Of a stretch of 64,000 bases of DNA, positions 1-12,651 are shown piece by piece. Every line of letters begins with the position of its first letter. Position 1 is the stretch's first letter. Source of the stretch: the human T2T-CHM13v2.0 reference genome, Homo sapiens; assembly GCF_009914755.1 (NCBI RefSeq), contig NC_060932.1. One strand, given 5' to 3'. The notes under the pieces are model-generated. The model was not told the origin of the DNA and made no database searches. It was given only the letters and a program-made list of their open reading frames with translations. Position numbers and translations under genes: made by a program.

Positions 1-244
1 GTAGTAAGTCCCATCAGGTGAAGATTTGAAAAGTGAAGGGGGAGTTACCAAAACCTGGACACTGACTGGCACCTAGTAGACTCAATGGGTACTGCCAACA
101 AGACAGACAAAGTCACGGGAAGGGGGCTAAGAAACCAGATGCAGAAGCAAGCAGTTCACTCAATCAAACCAGCCACTTGTAGGAGAGCTAACAAGATGTG
201 TAGAGCATCTCTGATTACTAAGTTCAAATTTCTGAAGATGTAAC

Positions 245-470
245 ACTAGTTCAGAAGGATATTGGTAGATAAAACACGAAACCACAAAAGGCGTCATTTG
301 GAAAATGAGTTTGGAAAAGGCTAGATTATGATGCTGGACTTCTCAGAGCCTCTAATAAGTTAAATAAATTATCCAAAAGATGGGTAAGTGTTTCCCAAAT
401 TATCTGGTCATTGAACACTTAATTCCATAATTTATTAAGGTCCCTTGGAATGCACTTTGGAAAATGCTAC
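245..470. mobile_element. Degraded hAT-Charlie-type DNA transposon relic
   Basis: Terminal-like motif ggaatgcactttggaaaatgct and internal gtttcccaaatt resemble MER5/Charlie ends; subfamily not determined. Confidence 0.4.
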
Positions 471-1589
471 CGGGCCAGGTGGTGTGGCAAAGGAGGAAGG
501 GGAGAGGGTGTCAAAAGTGGGCCTTATACAGATTTATTAATATATTTACATAAAGAAGACCCAAGAGCACCTATAAGGAAACACATCAAGGAAGGCTCAT
601 ACATGCGGGCAGCCCCTGTGTTCCTCAAGTCTACATCTCCAAAGGCACTGGCTGGCCCAAGCAGTGATCTGATTCTGTAGTACGCTGTCACCATCCACCC
701 TGGATGCCATCTTTTAGCCCACAGACTTAGCCTAGGGCCTGACAGTGGCTCCCACGTGCTCACGTCATTCACTCTTGTTTTTATGAACCAAGTTCCATTG
801 GAACTCCTGCATCCCACAGCTCCTGCTTCTTCTGCTTGTCTTACTTTCTTTCTCTCTTTCATACTTTCTGAGTGTCAGCTTTGTGACAGGAACTGGTGAA
901 TTTTAAGCCAGGCTGTTCTAGTTTATCCCTAACTGACCCTGTATTTAAAACTACAATCTCTCAACAAATCTAAACTCAGATGCAATTATCTGTCTTTTTT
1001 AAAAAAGTTCATGTGTACCATTGAAGTTTGTGTTCTGTTCTTGGCTAGCAGCAGCATAATTTACCTCTTCATTTGTGACCCTGATATTTGCAGGAAAATA
1101 TTGTCCCCAAATGCCATTAGTTTCAACTCCTCAATCCATCTTCCTTGACACTTAGTCAATGATTCTCTGGCTCTAATTCATCACATCGAACATAAGGCAA
1201 AAATTGAATTAAAATATTTCAGGGCAGATAGAATACAAATTAGGACACAGGATGTGGTTAGCATTGTGAAAGGCAACACTGGAGAAGATATAATTTGAAA
1301 CATTTAAACTGTGAATTACTTTCAGTGGGGGTAGGGAGTGGAGACCACCCCAATCTAGGGCTCCAAGTGTTGGCAATACATCTATATAACAAATAGCTTA
1401 CTGCTCTGGGCTGATGATCCCACATTATGTGGAATTGCCTAAGCCTTTTCCATTGAATCTGCCTTTCACTGAGAAAATGTTCCCCATCATGCCACGGGAG
1501 GTCACTTCTGTTTATCATCTCAAGGTTCAGGAAATAAAATGGTGAGAGCCTAGGCTGGAGGGAGTGTCACTGCTGCTTTTTTGTACATT

Positions 1590-1703
1590 CCAGAAGGCAA
1601 GATACAGGTGTGTCTGGCTCACAATTATAGGCTCAGGACCTAGGACAGTTCCTAACATATAGTAGGCAATTTTATACAGTATTTAACAAATGGGTTTAGT
1701 AAA
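1590..1703 (+). mobile_element. L2 LINE 3' end
   Basis: cctaggacagttcctaacatatagtaggc resembles the L2 terminal cctagaacagtgcctggcacatagtaggc. Confidence 0.6.
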
Positions 1704-1812
1704 TGGATGGACGGACGGACGGACGGACGGACGGATGGATGGATGGATGGATGGATGGACGATGAATGGATGGGTGGCTGGTTGGATGGATGGATGGGTG
1801 GATGGATGGGTG
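1704..1812. repeat. Compound (GGAC)n/(GGAT)n tetranucleotide microsatellite
   Basis: Directly visible; follows the L2 3' end. Confidence 0.95.
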
Positions 1813-1864
1813 AGTCAGTATGTACTTATGCAAATACTATTACTTATACTACTAATCATATAAT

Positions 1865-2020
1865 AACAAACATTGATAAATTTCCTAAGTATTTTTGGGG
1901 TATATTTAATTTAACCCTTTCAACAACATTGTGAAGTAGGTACTATTATTACCTTTCTCCTTTTACAGACAAACTAAGCAGGGAGTGCTAACTTTATCAG
2001 AATCATAGAGCTAGGAAGTG
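1865..2020 (-). mobile_element. MIR SINE
   Basis: gtgaagtaggtactattatt...ttttacaga...gagctaggaagtgg, antisense MIR core. Confidence 0.7.
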
Positions 2021-2554
2021 GTTGTCTCCTATTGTCCACCTTCATCTGGTGACAGAGAATAGCAACAGGAAAGTGAAAAAGGCCACTCAAGCAGCCAAGA
2101 TACTGGTTTTTGTTTTACATTTTGCCTGTGCTGTTGTTTGTTTATTCAATTTCACACCATTTAATATTCATTCCTTTTTACACCCAGAGTCAAGCATGAA
2201 GACTAGCCACAGTGAGAGCATAAAAAATCACGTTGAACAAATTAATGAACAAAGGTTAAACCTACTTTATGCTGGGCTCTGCACTAGGTGCAAAGGAGCT
2301 AACATTTATTGGGTGCCAACTTTGTGTTAGATGCCTCCAACTTGTGTGAGAGGCGTGTTAGACGCCTTATGTGGGTGAACTAATTTAATTCTTACAATAA
2401 ACCCAGGCATTTTTCCTACGTTTTACCCATAAGGAAAGACAATGAGCGTGGGTGCCTGTGCATGTTTTTTCTATCATACCATCTGCTTCCAGTTGCTTCA
2501 CAATGTAGCACCTTGGCTGGAGGGGATGAGGACTGAGGATGTGAACTCCCAGGG

Positions 2555-2750
2555 TTTTCAGGCCGGCTCTGACATTTTGCAGCTGTGTGCAACCTTAGAT
2601 AAATTAGTTCACCTCTATGTGCCTCCATTTCCTCAGCTGTAAAATAGATGTAATGATAATAATTGTACATGCCTCAAAGTTTGTTGTCAAGTAAATGAAT
2701 GCTGATAATAAATGTAAACAGAATCTGGAACAAAATAAGTATTTGATGTG
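2555..2750 (+). mobile_element. MIR SINE
   Basis: cctctatgtgcctccatttcctcagctgtaaaatag, MIR core. Confidence 0.75.
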
Positions 2751-2785
2751 TGACTCTACTTGTATAGTTTAAAAAGTACCACTAT

Positions 2786-3065
2786 GGCTTGGCGCAGTGG
2801 CTCACACCTGTAATCCTAGCATTTTGGGAGGCTGAGACAGGAGAATTGCTTGAGGCCAGGAGTTTGAGACTAGCCTAGGCAACATGGCGAAACCCTGTCT
2901 CTACCAAAAATACAAAAATTAGCTGGGTGTGGTAGAGCATGCCTGTAAGTCCCAGCTACTCAGGAGGCTGAGGAGGGAGGATGGTTTGAGCCCATGAGGT
3001 GGAAGTTACAGTGAGCCAAAATGGCACCACTGCACTCCAGCCCGGTTGACAGAGCCAGACCCTAT
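2786..3065 (+). mobile_element. AluJ lacking a poly(A) tail
   Basis: Dimeric Alu from ggcttggcgcagtggctcac to agaccctat; 13-bp TSD aaagtaccactat at 2773-2785 and 3066-3078. Confidence 0.95.
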
Positions 3066-3159
3066 AAAGTACCACTATATTTATATTGAGATAAACTATA
3101 TAGAGAAATACAGACAGAATTGACACCTTTATCTTGCTGAGGCTTCTGAAGAGCCCGTT

Positions 3160-4030
3160 AGTCTCTCCCATTTATTTAGGGCTCTTGTTGTTTACCTTCA
3201 GAGTATTTTTAAGTTCTCTTCATATAGCTCTTGCACATTTTTAGTTAAGTTTATCCTTAGGTATTTTATATTTTCTATTACTTGGTAAACAGTTTTACCA
3301 TTACTATGGTAAATTGTATATCGATTTCTATATATGACTTTTTTGCCTTGCCCCCTTATTGAGTCTCTCTTAGTAGTACATTTTACTTGATTTAAGTTTT
3401 CCAGGCATTAATTATGTTATCTGAAAACAGCAATAATTTTACCTCTTCTTTCCCAATCTTCTTGCTTCCAATTCCTTTCTCTTGCATAATAACATTGGCT
3501 AGTACCTCTAGTTCAATTTTAAATAATAGTGTTGATGGTAGATGCTCTTACCTTTCAACCTCCTTTTTTACTTGAATTCCCCTCCTTTTTACTCTGAGTT
3601 CTTCCATTGTTTTCTCAGTAAGCATGATGCTGGCTTTTGAATTAAGGTAAATATATTTTACCAAGTAAAATTAAGTATCAATTATAATTTAACTAAGAAA
3701 ATCTTCAAGAAATCTATATTGAATTTTGCCAAATGCCTTTTCAGCATCTATCAAGATGATCATATGCTTGTTCTCTTTATATCAATTTACTGAGGTGAAA
3801 AATGTTATAGATCTCCTAATGTTACATACCAGAACAAATTCCATTTGATCATGGAATATTCTTTTAATGTATTGCTGGACTCTCTTTGCTAATATTTTAT
3901 TTAGAATGTTTGCTTAATTTCATAAGTGAGATTGGACTGTAATTTTCTATTTTGGGGACCTCTTCATTGAGTTTTGGGATCAATATTATAATTGCTTCAT
4001 AAAAAAAACTTTGGAAGTTTTTCTTATTTT
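3160..4030 (-). mobile_element. Ancient L1M ORF2 fragment
   Basis: T-rich antisense L1 motifs: ctcttgcacatttttagttaagtttatcc, aaatgccttttcagcatctatcaagatgatcatatg, ttcataagtgagattgg. Confidence 0.8.
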
Positions 4031-5409
4031 TCGATCTGAGCTGCACATCTTAAAAAATGAGCAAGAATTAGCCAGGGGAGGAGGCTGGAGGATAAAAGAA
4101 GGAGACATTACATTAAAGGCACAAATGAAAGAAACAAACATCAGTATATGCGGAGAACTCTGATTCTGAGGCTGCTTCACACAAGGCCTGAGCCCTTCTC
4201 CTCTCCTTCAACCCTGAATGTCTGTTTGGAGGTAGCTGTATACAATTGTTTTCTCTTGCATATTGATCCACAATGATTTCCCACATCAGTATTTTTTTTT
4301 CCTTCTTCAATGAGATTATGAGACCTTCCTTTTGTTTATCCCAGAGAAGTTCTTGGATTAAACTCCAGAAGCACATGGGTGTATAAAGAGCTAGGCCATG
4401 GTATCTCACTAATAAATTAAGTCATTCACACTCATTAAGTCATTCAGTCACTTATTCTTCCAACATTATTTAAACCTGAGGGCAAGATCTGGAAAAATAA
4501 GAGGCGGGCTTTGCTTTCAAGATCTTAGAGTCTAGCATAAAAGAATAATACTAGTACTGTTGTAATCTGCATGACAAATTAAGCTACTAGGTGGACTTTG
4601 CTTTTTCAATACAAAACAGTTTTCCCTACAAATGTTTCTTCAACCTCTAGTGCCTGCCACCAAAATCTCAAAGATACAATCAGACAATAAGAAGCACTTC
4701 TGGGATAAGCTAGAGGCAGCAGCACTTGCTGAGTTTCACAAGTCCTTCTGGTAGACCTAGTGCTGTGGGTCAGCTTGTACTTTCTGCTAATATCTTTCTC
4801 CCAGATCAATTCTCAGAATTAAATATGCTCATGAGTCACTGTGCCCCATCCAGAATGACATGGCTCCCAGGATCTCTACTTCTCCCAGACATATTTGAGA
4901 ATCAGAACTCCCAGAGAGTTAGAGAATATGACCGGGCATGCAGTAGGTGATTATTGAAAACTTACTCACTGACAAATATTTTGACATTCAGCTACTTAAA
5001 TCCTGCACCATCATGATGCAGGAATATACTGCACCATCTAGAAAGGGAAACAATACCACCTTCTTCAAGGAGGTATCACAAGGCAACAGCACCTCCTTTC
5101 ACAGGAGATATGTGAGAACTAAGTACAGTAAGTTCTCAGTTCTTGGAAACCAAGACTTTATGTGAAATGATGTATAACAAAATCGTTTTCCTTATAAACA
5201 TCACAGTAAAACAACATTATTCATTTTTTGAGGGCCAGCTGTCTATTGTTTTTCCAAGAACCTATTGAGGGCGTTAAGTGAGGACTTGCTATAATAGGAG
5301 TGACAGAATCAACATGAATTGAGGACCTCCTCTGTATACACACTGTGTGTGCTACGTAATGCCTCATGTCTTTTTCACAACAATCTTATTTGATATTAAT
5401 AATATAAAT

Positions 5410-5715
5410 AGTCGTGCACAGTGGCTCACTCTGTAATCCCAGCACTTGAGGAAGCTAAGGCAGGAGGATCACTTGAGTCCAGGAGTTTGAGACCAGCCTG
5501 GGAAACACAGGAAGACCCTGTCTCAACAAAAATAAAAATAAACAGCTGGGTGTGGTAGCACATGCTTGTAGTCCCAGCTACTCAGGAGGCTGAAGTGGGA
5601 GGATCACTTGGGCCCCGGGGGTCAAGGCTGCACTGAGCTGTGATTGTGCCACTGCACTCCAGCCTGAGAGACTGAAAGAGACCCTGTCTCAAAAAAAAAG
5701 AAAAGAAAAGAAAAA
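5410..5715 (+). mobile_element. AluJ
   Basis: Full dimer with J-type aggaggatcacttgag arms and an A-rich tail. Confidence 0.95.
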
Positions 5716-5769
5716 TATTTTAAAAAGAAATGTTAAAAAATAAAAAATAGCACTACCTACTTTTTACAA

Positions 5770-6449
5770 CAAATGTTTTAGTTTACACTAGTTTTAGAGT
5801 AACTGAAAACTTGAGAAGATAGTACAGGGAGCGCTCATATATCCACAACCAGTTTCTGTATTGTTGACATCTTACATTACCATGGTACATTTGCACAGCT
5901 GTATTAACTACAGTCACATTTTTTCAGATTTCACCAGTTTTTCCTTTACTGACCCTTTTTTTCTGATCCAGGATCCCATTCAGGATTCCATATGATGTTT
6001 AGTTATGTTCATTAGGCTTCTCTAGACTATGACAGTTTTTTAACTTTGCTTGTTTTTGATGACCCTGACAGTTTTGAGAGATACCAGTCAGGTATTTTGT
6101 AGAATGTCTCTCAATTTGGGTTTGTACGGTGTTCTTTCTTCTCATGATTAGACTGGGTTATGGGTTTTGGGGAGGTAAAGTGGCATTCTCATTACATCAT
6201 ATCAAGAGTACATACTATTAATGTGACTATCACTGTTGATGTTGACCTTGTTCACCTGGCTGGGGTTGTGTTTCTTAGGTTTCTGTATATGAAGCGACTT
6301 TTATCATTCCTTCTTTACATACTGTACTAATTAGCAGAAAGTCACAACGTGCAGCTCATACTTAAGGGGTGGGGAGTTATGTTCTACTTCCTTGAGAGGG
6401 AGTTTCTCCATAAATTGTTTGAAATTCTTCTGCACTGGAGATTTGTCTA
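5770..6449 (-). mobile_element. L1MC/L1MD 3' UTR
   Basis: Antisense motifs atccaggatccc, ggtcaggtattttgtagaatgtc-like, catgattagactgggttatgggttttgggg, ttgatgttgaccttg. Confidence 0.85.
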
Positions 6450-6608
6450 GAAGCAACGATGCCCCAGTAGCAATGAGCATACCCACCCCATTGTCCAATA
6501 AAAGAAACCAGGGTTCCTTAGAGTAATGTCTGATTTTAGGGCTGGGTCAGGGAGTATAAAAATGAGGCTGGAGTATCTCATGGTACTACAAAGTAAGGAG
6601 GTGCTCAA

Positions 6609-6643
<35 letters not shown>

Positions 6644-6698
6644 ACACAATGGGGGGTTGTCAAAGAGACACAGGAGCCAACAGAAATAGTTCCCAATG
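6446..6698 (+). mobile_element. Inverted segment of L1MC/L1MD 3' UTR
   Basis: Sense motifs tctagaagcaacgatgccccagtagcaatgagc, ccaataaaagaaaccaggg, gtcaaagagacacaggagccaac. Confidence 0.75.
6613..6640. repeat. (CA)14 microsatellite
   Basis: Directly visible. Confidence 0.95.
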
Positions 6699-6800
6699 AT
6701 GAGGAACTGTGGTTCAGCAAGATTCAGTAACTCGTCCATGAGCACTCAGCAAATGGTGGTAGAGCCAGGACTTAAACCCAGGTTCTGATCCTGGAAACAA
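6698..6800 (-). mobile_element. MIR, distal part of a MIR interrupted by an Alu and an L1
   Basis: gatgaggaactgtggttcag...ggtagagccaggacttaaacccagg continues the MIR pieces at ~5315-5395 and ~5745-5768. Confidence 0.65.
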
Positions 6801-6984
6801 GTTCTTATAAGCATCGTCCACACACCTGGCATTATAAGCTCCTTGAGACAATGTGTTCAGGGTGTTTAGGAAGACATGGAGTATGACAAGGCTTGCAATA
6901 AATATCTGCTATTAAATTATCACCAGTACTATCCCCACTCACAGTGAGGCTCTTTATCCACACTTTCCTCACTCTAGGGCTTTC

Positions 6985-7370
6985 CCATGCTGCTGTATTC
7001 CCTCTGCTGACAATGCCCTTTCACCTGTTCTCTCTTGCTGGAATTCCACTCATCTTTTAAGACTTGGTGGAAACCTCTGCTGTCTCCTAGCCTGGCTGAC
7101 TCTTATATTGTGACTCTCAGCACTCTATCTAGGCACCTCCTCTGCCTATTCATGGTTTCCAACGGCTGTTACCTCCAGTTTGTCAAGTTCAAAGAGGGCA
7201 GGGACAATGACCACACACAGGAAGCACTCAATAAATATCCACTGAATGCCTGCATGAATAAACAGCGAATTTGTATTTGTGATCCTCCTGGTGCCCAGCA
7301 CAATGTTTGAGCAACAGCAGGTGCTCAATGCGTGCCTGCTAAATGGATGAATGAATGAATGAATGAATGA
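6985..7370 (+). mobile_element. L2 3' region with (GAAT)n tail
   Basis: gcactcaataaatatccactgaatg, and a second end with gaatgaatgaatgaat. Confidence 0.65.
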
Positions 7371-7824
7371 GCAATTGAAACTTCTTGCAGAAAGCTGACC
7401 CCACAGCAGGAACAGGTATGATTAAGGGTATCCTGTAATGTCCTCCTGATGCTTTGATGCTTGCCTGGGGGTGAGTCCTCAGCACCACTGGCCAGCTGGT
7501 GTGGGGACAGGGCAGCATCTGTGAGCTGCCAGCCTTCTCCTTCTGGCAGTCTCTCTGTTTGTGCCATTAGAGCCCCGTATTTTCCTCAGGGCCTCAAGCA
7601 GCTCCAATCAATTGGGAAGAGGAGAGCAAGACGTTCAAGCCAAATTCAGCTGCAGAGCAACGGGGGAACTCGTTACACAGTTGGTGTAGGTGGGAATCAC
7701 GCACTCCAGGCTGAGAAGACCCTGGGGAGCAGAGCCCATAGCGAGGAATGCCCTTCTTACTGGTACTATTGGAAATAATAATTTGTTAATAAAAATATTA
7801 ACAATAATTGGTTAATAACAACAG

Positions 7825-8045
7825 GCAGTATTTCTCAAATGCTAAATAATGTGCCAGGCTCTGTGCAAAGTGCTTCTCATGCCTAACCTGGCTTACTACT
7901 TACCAGTACCCAGTGAAGTCAGTCATCATCTCCATTTTACAGATCAGGAAACTGAGGCATAGAAAGTTACACTGTCCAAGAGCAAGCAATTTGCAAAGCA
8001 GGGGCCAGAACTCCTAAGTCTAAGCCCTTAAACCACTACTCTAGG
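7825..8045 (-). mobile_element. MIR SINE
   Basis: tccattttacagatcaggaaactgaggcataga. Confidence 0.8.
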
Positions 8046-9334
8046 GTTCTGTGCACTCCCCATTTTGCAAATCCTTGGGAATATCCCTCGTTTCCTGGAC
8101 ACCCTCTCTGATCACTCCCAGATACATTTGTTGTTGACTCCCAGGCACAAAAAGATTGGTGTGGACACAAATCTTCTCACAACCTTGCCTTATCTACCCT
8201 CTCCTCCATCTTCAATCTGACTCTCCTTGAGGTCAGGAACTGAGGTTTTCTTATCTCCCTCAGTGGGACATGGGGCACTTAGTAAGCACGTTTGTTGATT
8301 GGTTGTTTCACAGGGCTCTGGTAGTTTGTTGGGCCTATGTCTTCCTCTGGAGTCTTTAGCCACCATGTGGCATTACAATATGATCTACTGGAAATGATAC
8401 TGAATCCCAAAGCAGGTACTTAATAATTGCTCTAAATGGGACTAAGAGTCTGCCTACTGCGGTTGTCAACTTTATACATGGGCAGTCAGGGAAGACTTCC
8501 CAAAGGAGGAGATGTCTGACCTGCGTCATCAAGGATGAGATGGAAATGACTGGCAAGTAAATAAATACAACCTATGGCTACCTTCAATATGCTGGTCCCC
8601 ACAGAAGAGCAGGATTTGTGAAAGAAATCCCTCTCTGAGATCTTGCTCTGTTATAAGTGGGGACAAGTATCTTCAGAGGCAGGGAAGGCGATCCTTGTCT
8701 TTGTGCCAAGCTAGGACAACCAGGCAAAAACCAACACCACTCTCCACGAAGAAGGTAAAGCTTTATCCCTTTAAGAGTCAAGAAGCACAGGCTGCATCCT
8801 CCCAAGCACTAGCTCCAACATGAACAGTCAATAATTCCAAAGTAAATATCAGCAGAGGAGGCCTCATGTTTCTTCAATCTCCCTCCGCACACAGCAAACA
8901 CATTATGCCACTGCCCTTTGGTGAGCACCCTTCCTTAGGCTGCGGCCTGTGATTGAATCCTGAGAGCTACTCCAGGGGGGATTTGTAGCAATTTAAGATA
9001 CCGTTTTGCACAGGGTAGGTACAAAGTCTCGGTCAAGCCTTGCAGTAAAGAGCAGCCAGTCTTTCAGGACCATTTAGCCCCAGGCCTTACCCATCACTGC
9101 CAGCTCCTGTCCCAGCCCTATCCTTCCCCATGCTGTCTCCTTGCTTCCTCTTGCAGCCCCATCTCCAGCAGGGGAACATCCGCAGCCCTTTAATGGCTTC
9201 CTCTGGGCTTCTAACATCATGATTCTATTTCTTAGTGGTTCTGTCCCAAAATTCTGAGTTCCCTTTCTTGCTTACCCCACTGGTCAGCTCCATAGGGCTT
9301 TTCTTTCCAAGGCTGCAGCTTCATGGATGGCTCC

Positions 9335-9907
<573 letters not shown>

Positions 9908-10289
9908 TTAGAGGCAGAAAGGCATGCAAACTGCAGAGCTCGGCTCCTGGGGGAAAGTTCCCTGTGAACGTTAGCATGGTTAGTAAGGAGCAGGTAGAGG
10001 AAAGAAAGAACCAAAGAAAGAACAGAAACACGACCAGAGATAATAGAATCTCACAGAATTGCCATGGCCTCAGTCCCTGGTTGGGATTCTGATTCGCTAA
10101 TGGACCACCAGGCTCATCCCATCTCCCTGCGCTTTCCCAGCCCCATGCAGGCCTTTTTCACCAGGGGGCTCCTCTTAAGGCAAGTCATACTAGCACTCAG
10201 GGCCTCCAGCGTCAGACATGGGCATTGAAAAGTCAGCCACCTGCGGTCTGAACACACAGAGAGGGAGACCAGAGAGAGAGCCCTGGAGA

Positions 10290-10430
10290 CCTACACCTGG
10301 GGTAAGTCACTTAACCTCTCTGGGACTCCATATATTTATTAATATCATTGGGCAATAATAAAACACCTAACACGCAGACCCACTGTGAAAATTACATGAG
10401 GAGATGGGCCTTAAAACGCTACCAGATATT
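10290..10430 (+). mobile_element. MIR SINE
   Basis: ggtaagtcacttaacctctctggg. Confidence 0.65.
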
Positions 10431-10454
10431 AATATGACATACTAAGAATCATAT

Positions 10455-10680
10455 AATAAGATGCTGGGAATGACGTTTATCAAGTGCTTTTTCTCTGCCA
10501 GGACAAGATCTAAGAGCTTGACATGTACTTCTTTGTCTAATTCTCACCTACCTACATTTAACTACTTGCATATACTATCTCCATTTGACTCAGAGGAAAC
10601 TGAGGCACAGAGGGATTAAGTCAATGCCCCAGGTCACCTAGCTAACCAGCGTAAGAACAAAGTGAAAGTCCAGAGCCCCC
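10455..10680 (-). mobile_element. MIR SINE
   Basis: gaggaaactgaggcacagagggattaagtcaatgccccaggtcac. Confidence 0.75.
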
Positions 10681-11164
10681 AAGACCCAATGTCAATTCTG
10701 CCCCTGCTTGCTGACTGCATTGAAAGAAATTAACAGGTCTTTGCTCTTCTCTCCCACTGGACAAAGCTTAGCACCTGACAGATACAGGTGCCCAGTGAGC
10801 TCTGCCGAACGACTACAAGGAGACAGCTGCCCTGAAGATGAGTCCTCCCTGCCCAGCTCCCCAGGTTGGTTCCACCCAAGGATAAGCTCATCACTCCTGC
10901 ACACTTTTTCCAGAGCCCCTGCAGGCCACGGCAACCCCCTCAGTGGAGAGTCATGTTGCCAGATCAGCATCCACCACCCTCCCCGAGGTGGGTACCAGCG
11001 TCTGAGTCTACCCCCACCCCCAGGGTGCATGTTCTCCCGGGTGCCATCAGAGACCACCCCACAGGGCAGCCAGAGGGGAGGACGAAAGCCCCAGGCAGCT
11101 CTCATGGACCAGAGCCTCAAACTCCCTCCTGTCAAGGAGGCCACTTGTCACCGGAGAAAACTGC

Positions 11165-11330
11165 AAGGGCCCAGGAGTCAGACAGACCTGGATTGGAACA
11201 CTGGCCATGACCCGACTTGCTCCATGTTGTCAGGGAAGCCACTTGACCTCTCTGACCCTGTTTCCTCCCTTATAAAATGCAAAACCTACCAGCCCCTTTC
11301 TCATGGTGATGTTGTAAAGACAAGATAAAG
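11165..11330 (+). mobile_element. MIR SINE
   Basis: ggagtcagacagacctgg...gccacttgacctctctgaccctgtttcctcccttataaaatg. Confidence 0.7.
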
Positions 11331-11559
11331 GACAAATGCCAGCTCCAGCACCAGGCACCTCAGGAAATGGTGACTCACTTCTAGAACAGAGAGCAGAGAA
11401 ACTTCATCGAGGGATGTCTTGCCTGAGGCTTTCCCTTAGGTCACTATCCTCCTCCACTCCCCGACCCACTTCTATCCTACCTCCTACTGCAGGGGCCTTG
11501 GCCCAGTACTGCCCCCCGCTGGCACTTGCGGCACACACCCCTCCCGGAAAGCTAACGTT

Positions 11560-12132
11560 TTCAAAAAACTTTTATTTCAGGTTCACAGGTACACGTACAG
11601 GTTTGTTACATAAGTAAACTCGTGTTACGGGAGTTTGTTGTACAGATTATTTCATCACCCAGGTACTAAGTTTAGTACCCAATACTAATTTCTTTCTGCT
11701 CTTCTCTCTCCTCCCAGCCTCCACCCTCAAGTAGGCCCCAGCGTCTGTTATTCCCCTCTGTGCATCCACGTTTTCTCATCATTTAGCTCCAACTTCTAAC
11801 TCAGAAAACGTGGTATCTGGTTTTCTGTTCCTGGGTTAGTTTGCTGAGTATGATGGCCTCCAGCTCCATCCATCTTCCTGCAAAAGACATGATCTCATTC
11901 TTTTTTATGGCTGCATAGTATTCCATCGTGTATATGTACCACATTTTCTTTATCTAATCTGTCATTGATGGGCATTTAGGTTGATCTCATGTCTTTGCTA
12001 TTGTGAATAGGGCTGCAGTGAACATTCATGTGTACATGTCTTTGTGGTAGAATGATTTTTATTCCTCTGGGTATATACCCAGTAATGGGATTGCTGGGTC
12101 AAATGGTAGTTCCATTTTTAGCTCTTTGAGAA
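11560..12132 (-). mobile_element. 5'-truncated L1PA (L1PA13-16-like) 3' end
   Basis: Antisense 3' UTR caggtttgttacat...tttatggctgcatagtattccat...gggattgctgggtcaaatggtag; TSD gaaagctaac(g/c)tt at 11547-11559 and 12133-12145. Confidence 0.95.
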
Positions 12133-12149
12133 GAAAGCTAACCTTGAAT

Positions 12150-12651
12150 CTAGTGTTTTTTTCAAACTTAAATTTTATAAGAAATCCCAAAGAACTTTCA
12201 TTTATATGGATCATATTCACCAACATTCACTGCATTACAAACTAAAACTAAGATATTTTAAACACATTTTTATTTAAATATAAAAATATTAAACTTATTA
12301 CCTGTTTGCATAAATAACATATATTTATGAAAAAATCACTGCATTTTCCAAAACAGGTAATCACTACTGAAAAGAATGGCACTGTTTTTGCCTTTTGGGA
12401 AATCTCTCGAGTGTCTGGTTTAATAGGAGACAGCTGAGCTCACATCTCTGCTTCAGCATTCAATCTGTCTTGATCTCACTCATTCTGCAGCCGCTGAGAA
12501 ACTCCACTGTACACCCCTGTGAGAATGCGACTGAAAAGGGCACATGAAATCTTAGTATCATGAAAATAGCTTTGACTTCTCAGACTTCCTGAACTGTCTC
12601 AGAGGTCCTGGGGTATGGAGAAAGGGCAAACCACACTTTAAGAATAGCTGC
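12150..12651. mobile_element. Charlie1-family hAT DNA transposon relic
   Basis: gaatggcactgttt, tctggtttaataggagacagctg, tctgcttcagcattcaatctg; terminal accacactttaagaatagctg. Confidence 0.75.

Noticed and set aside
10708-11328. Longest ORF (206 aa), overlapped by two other ORFs
   Set aside because: Non-ATG start, Pro/Ser-rich with no recognisable domain, and its 3' part runs through a MIR; consistent with chance in a GC-rich patch.
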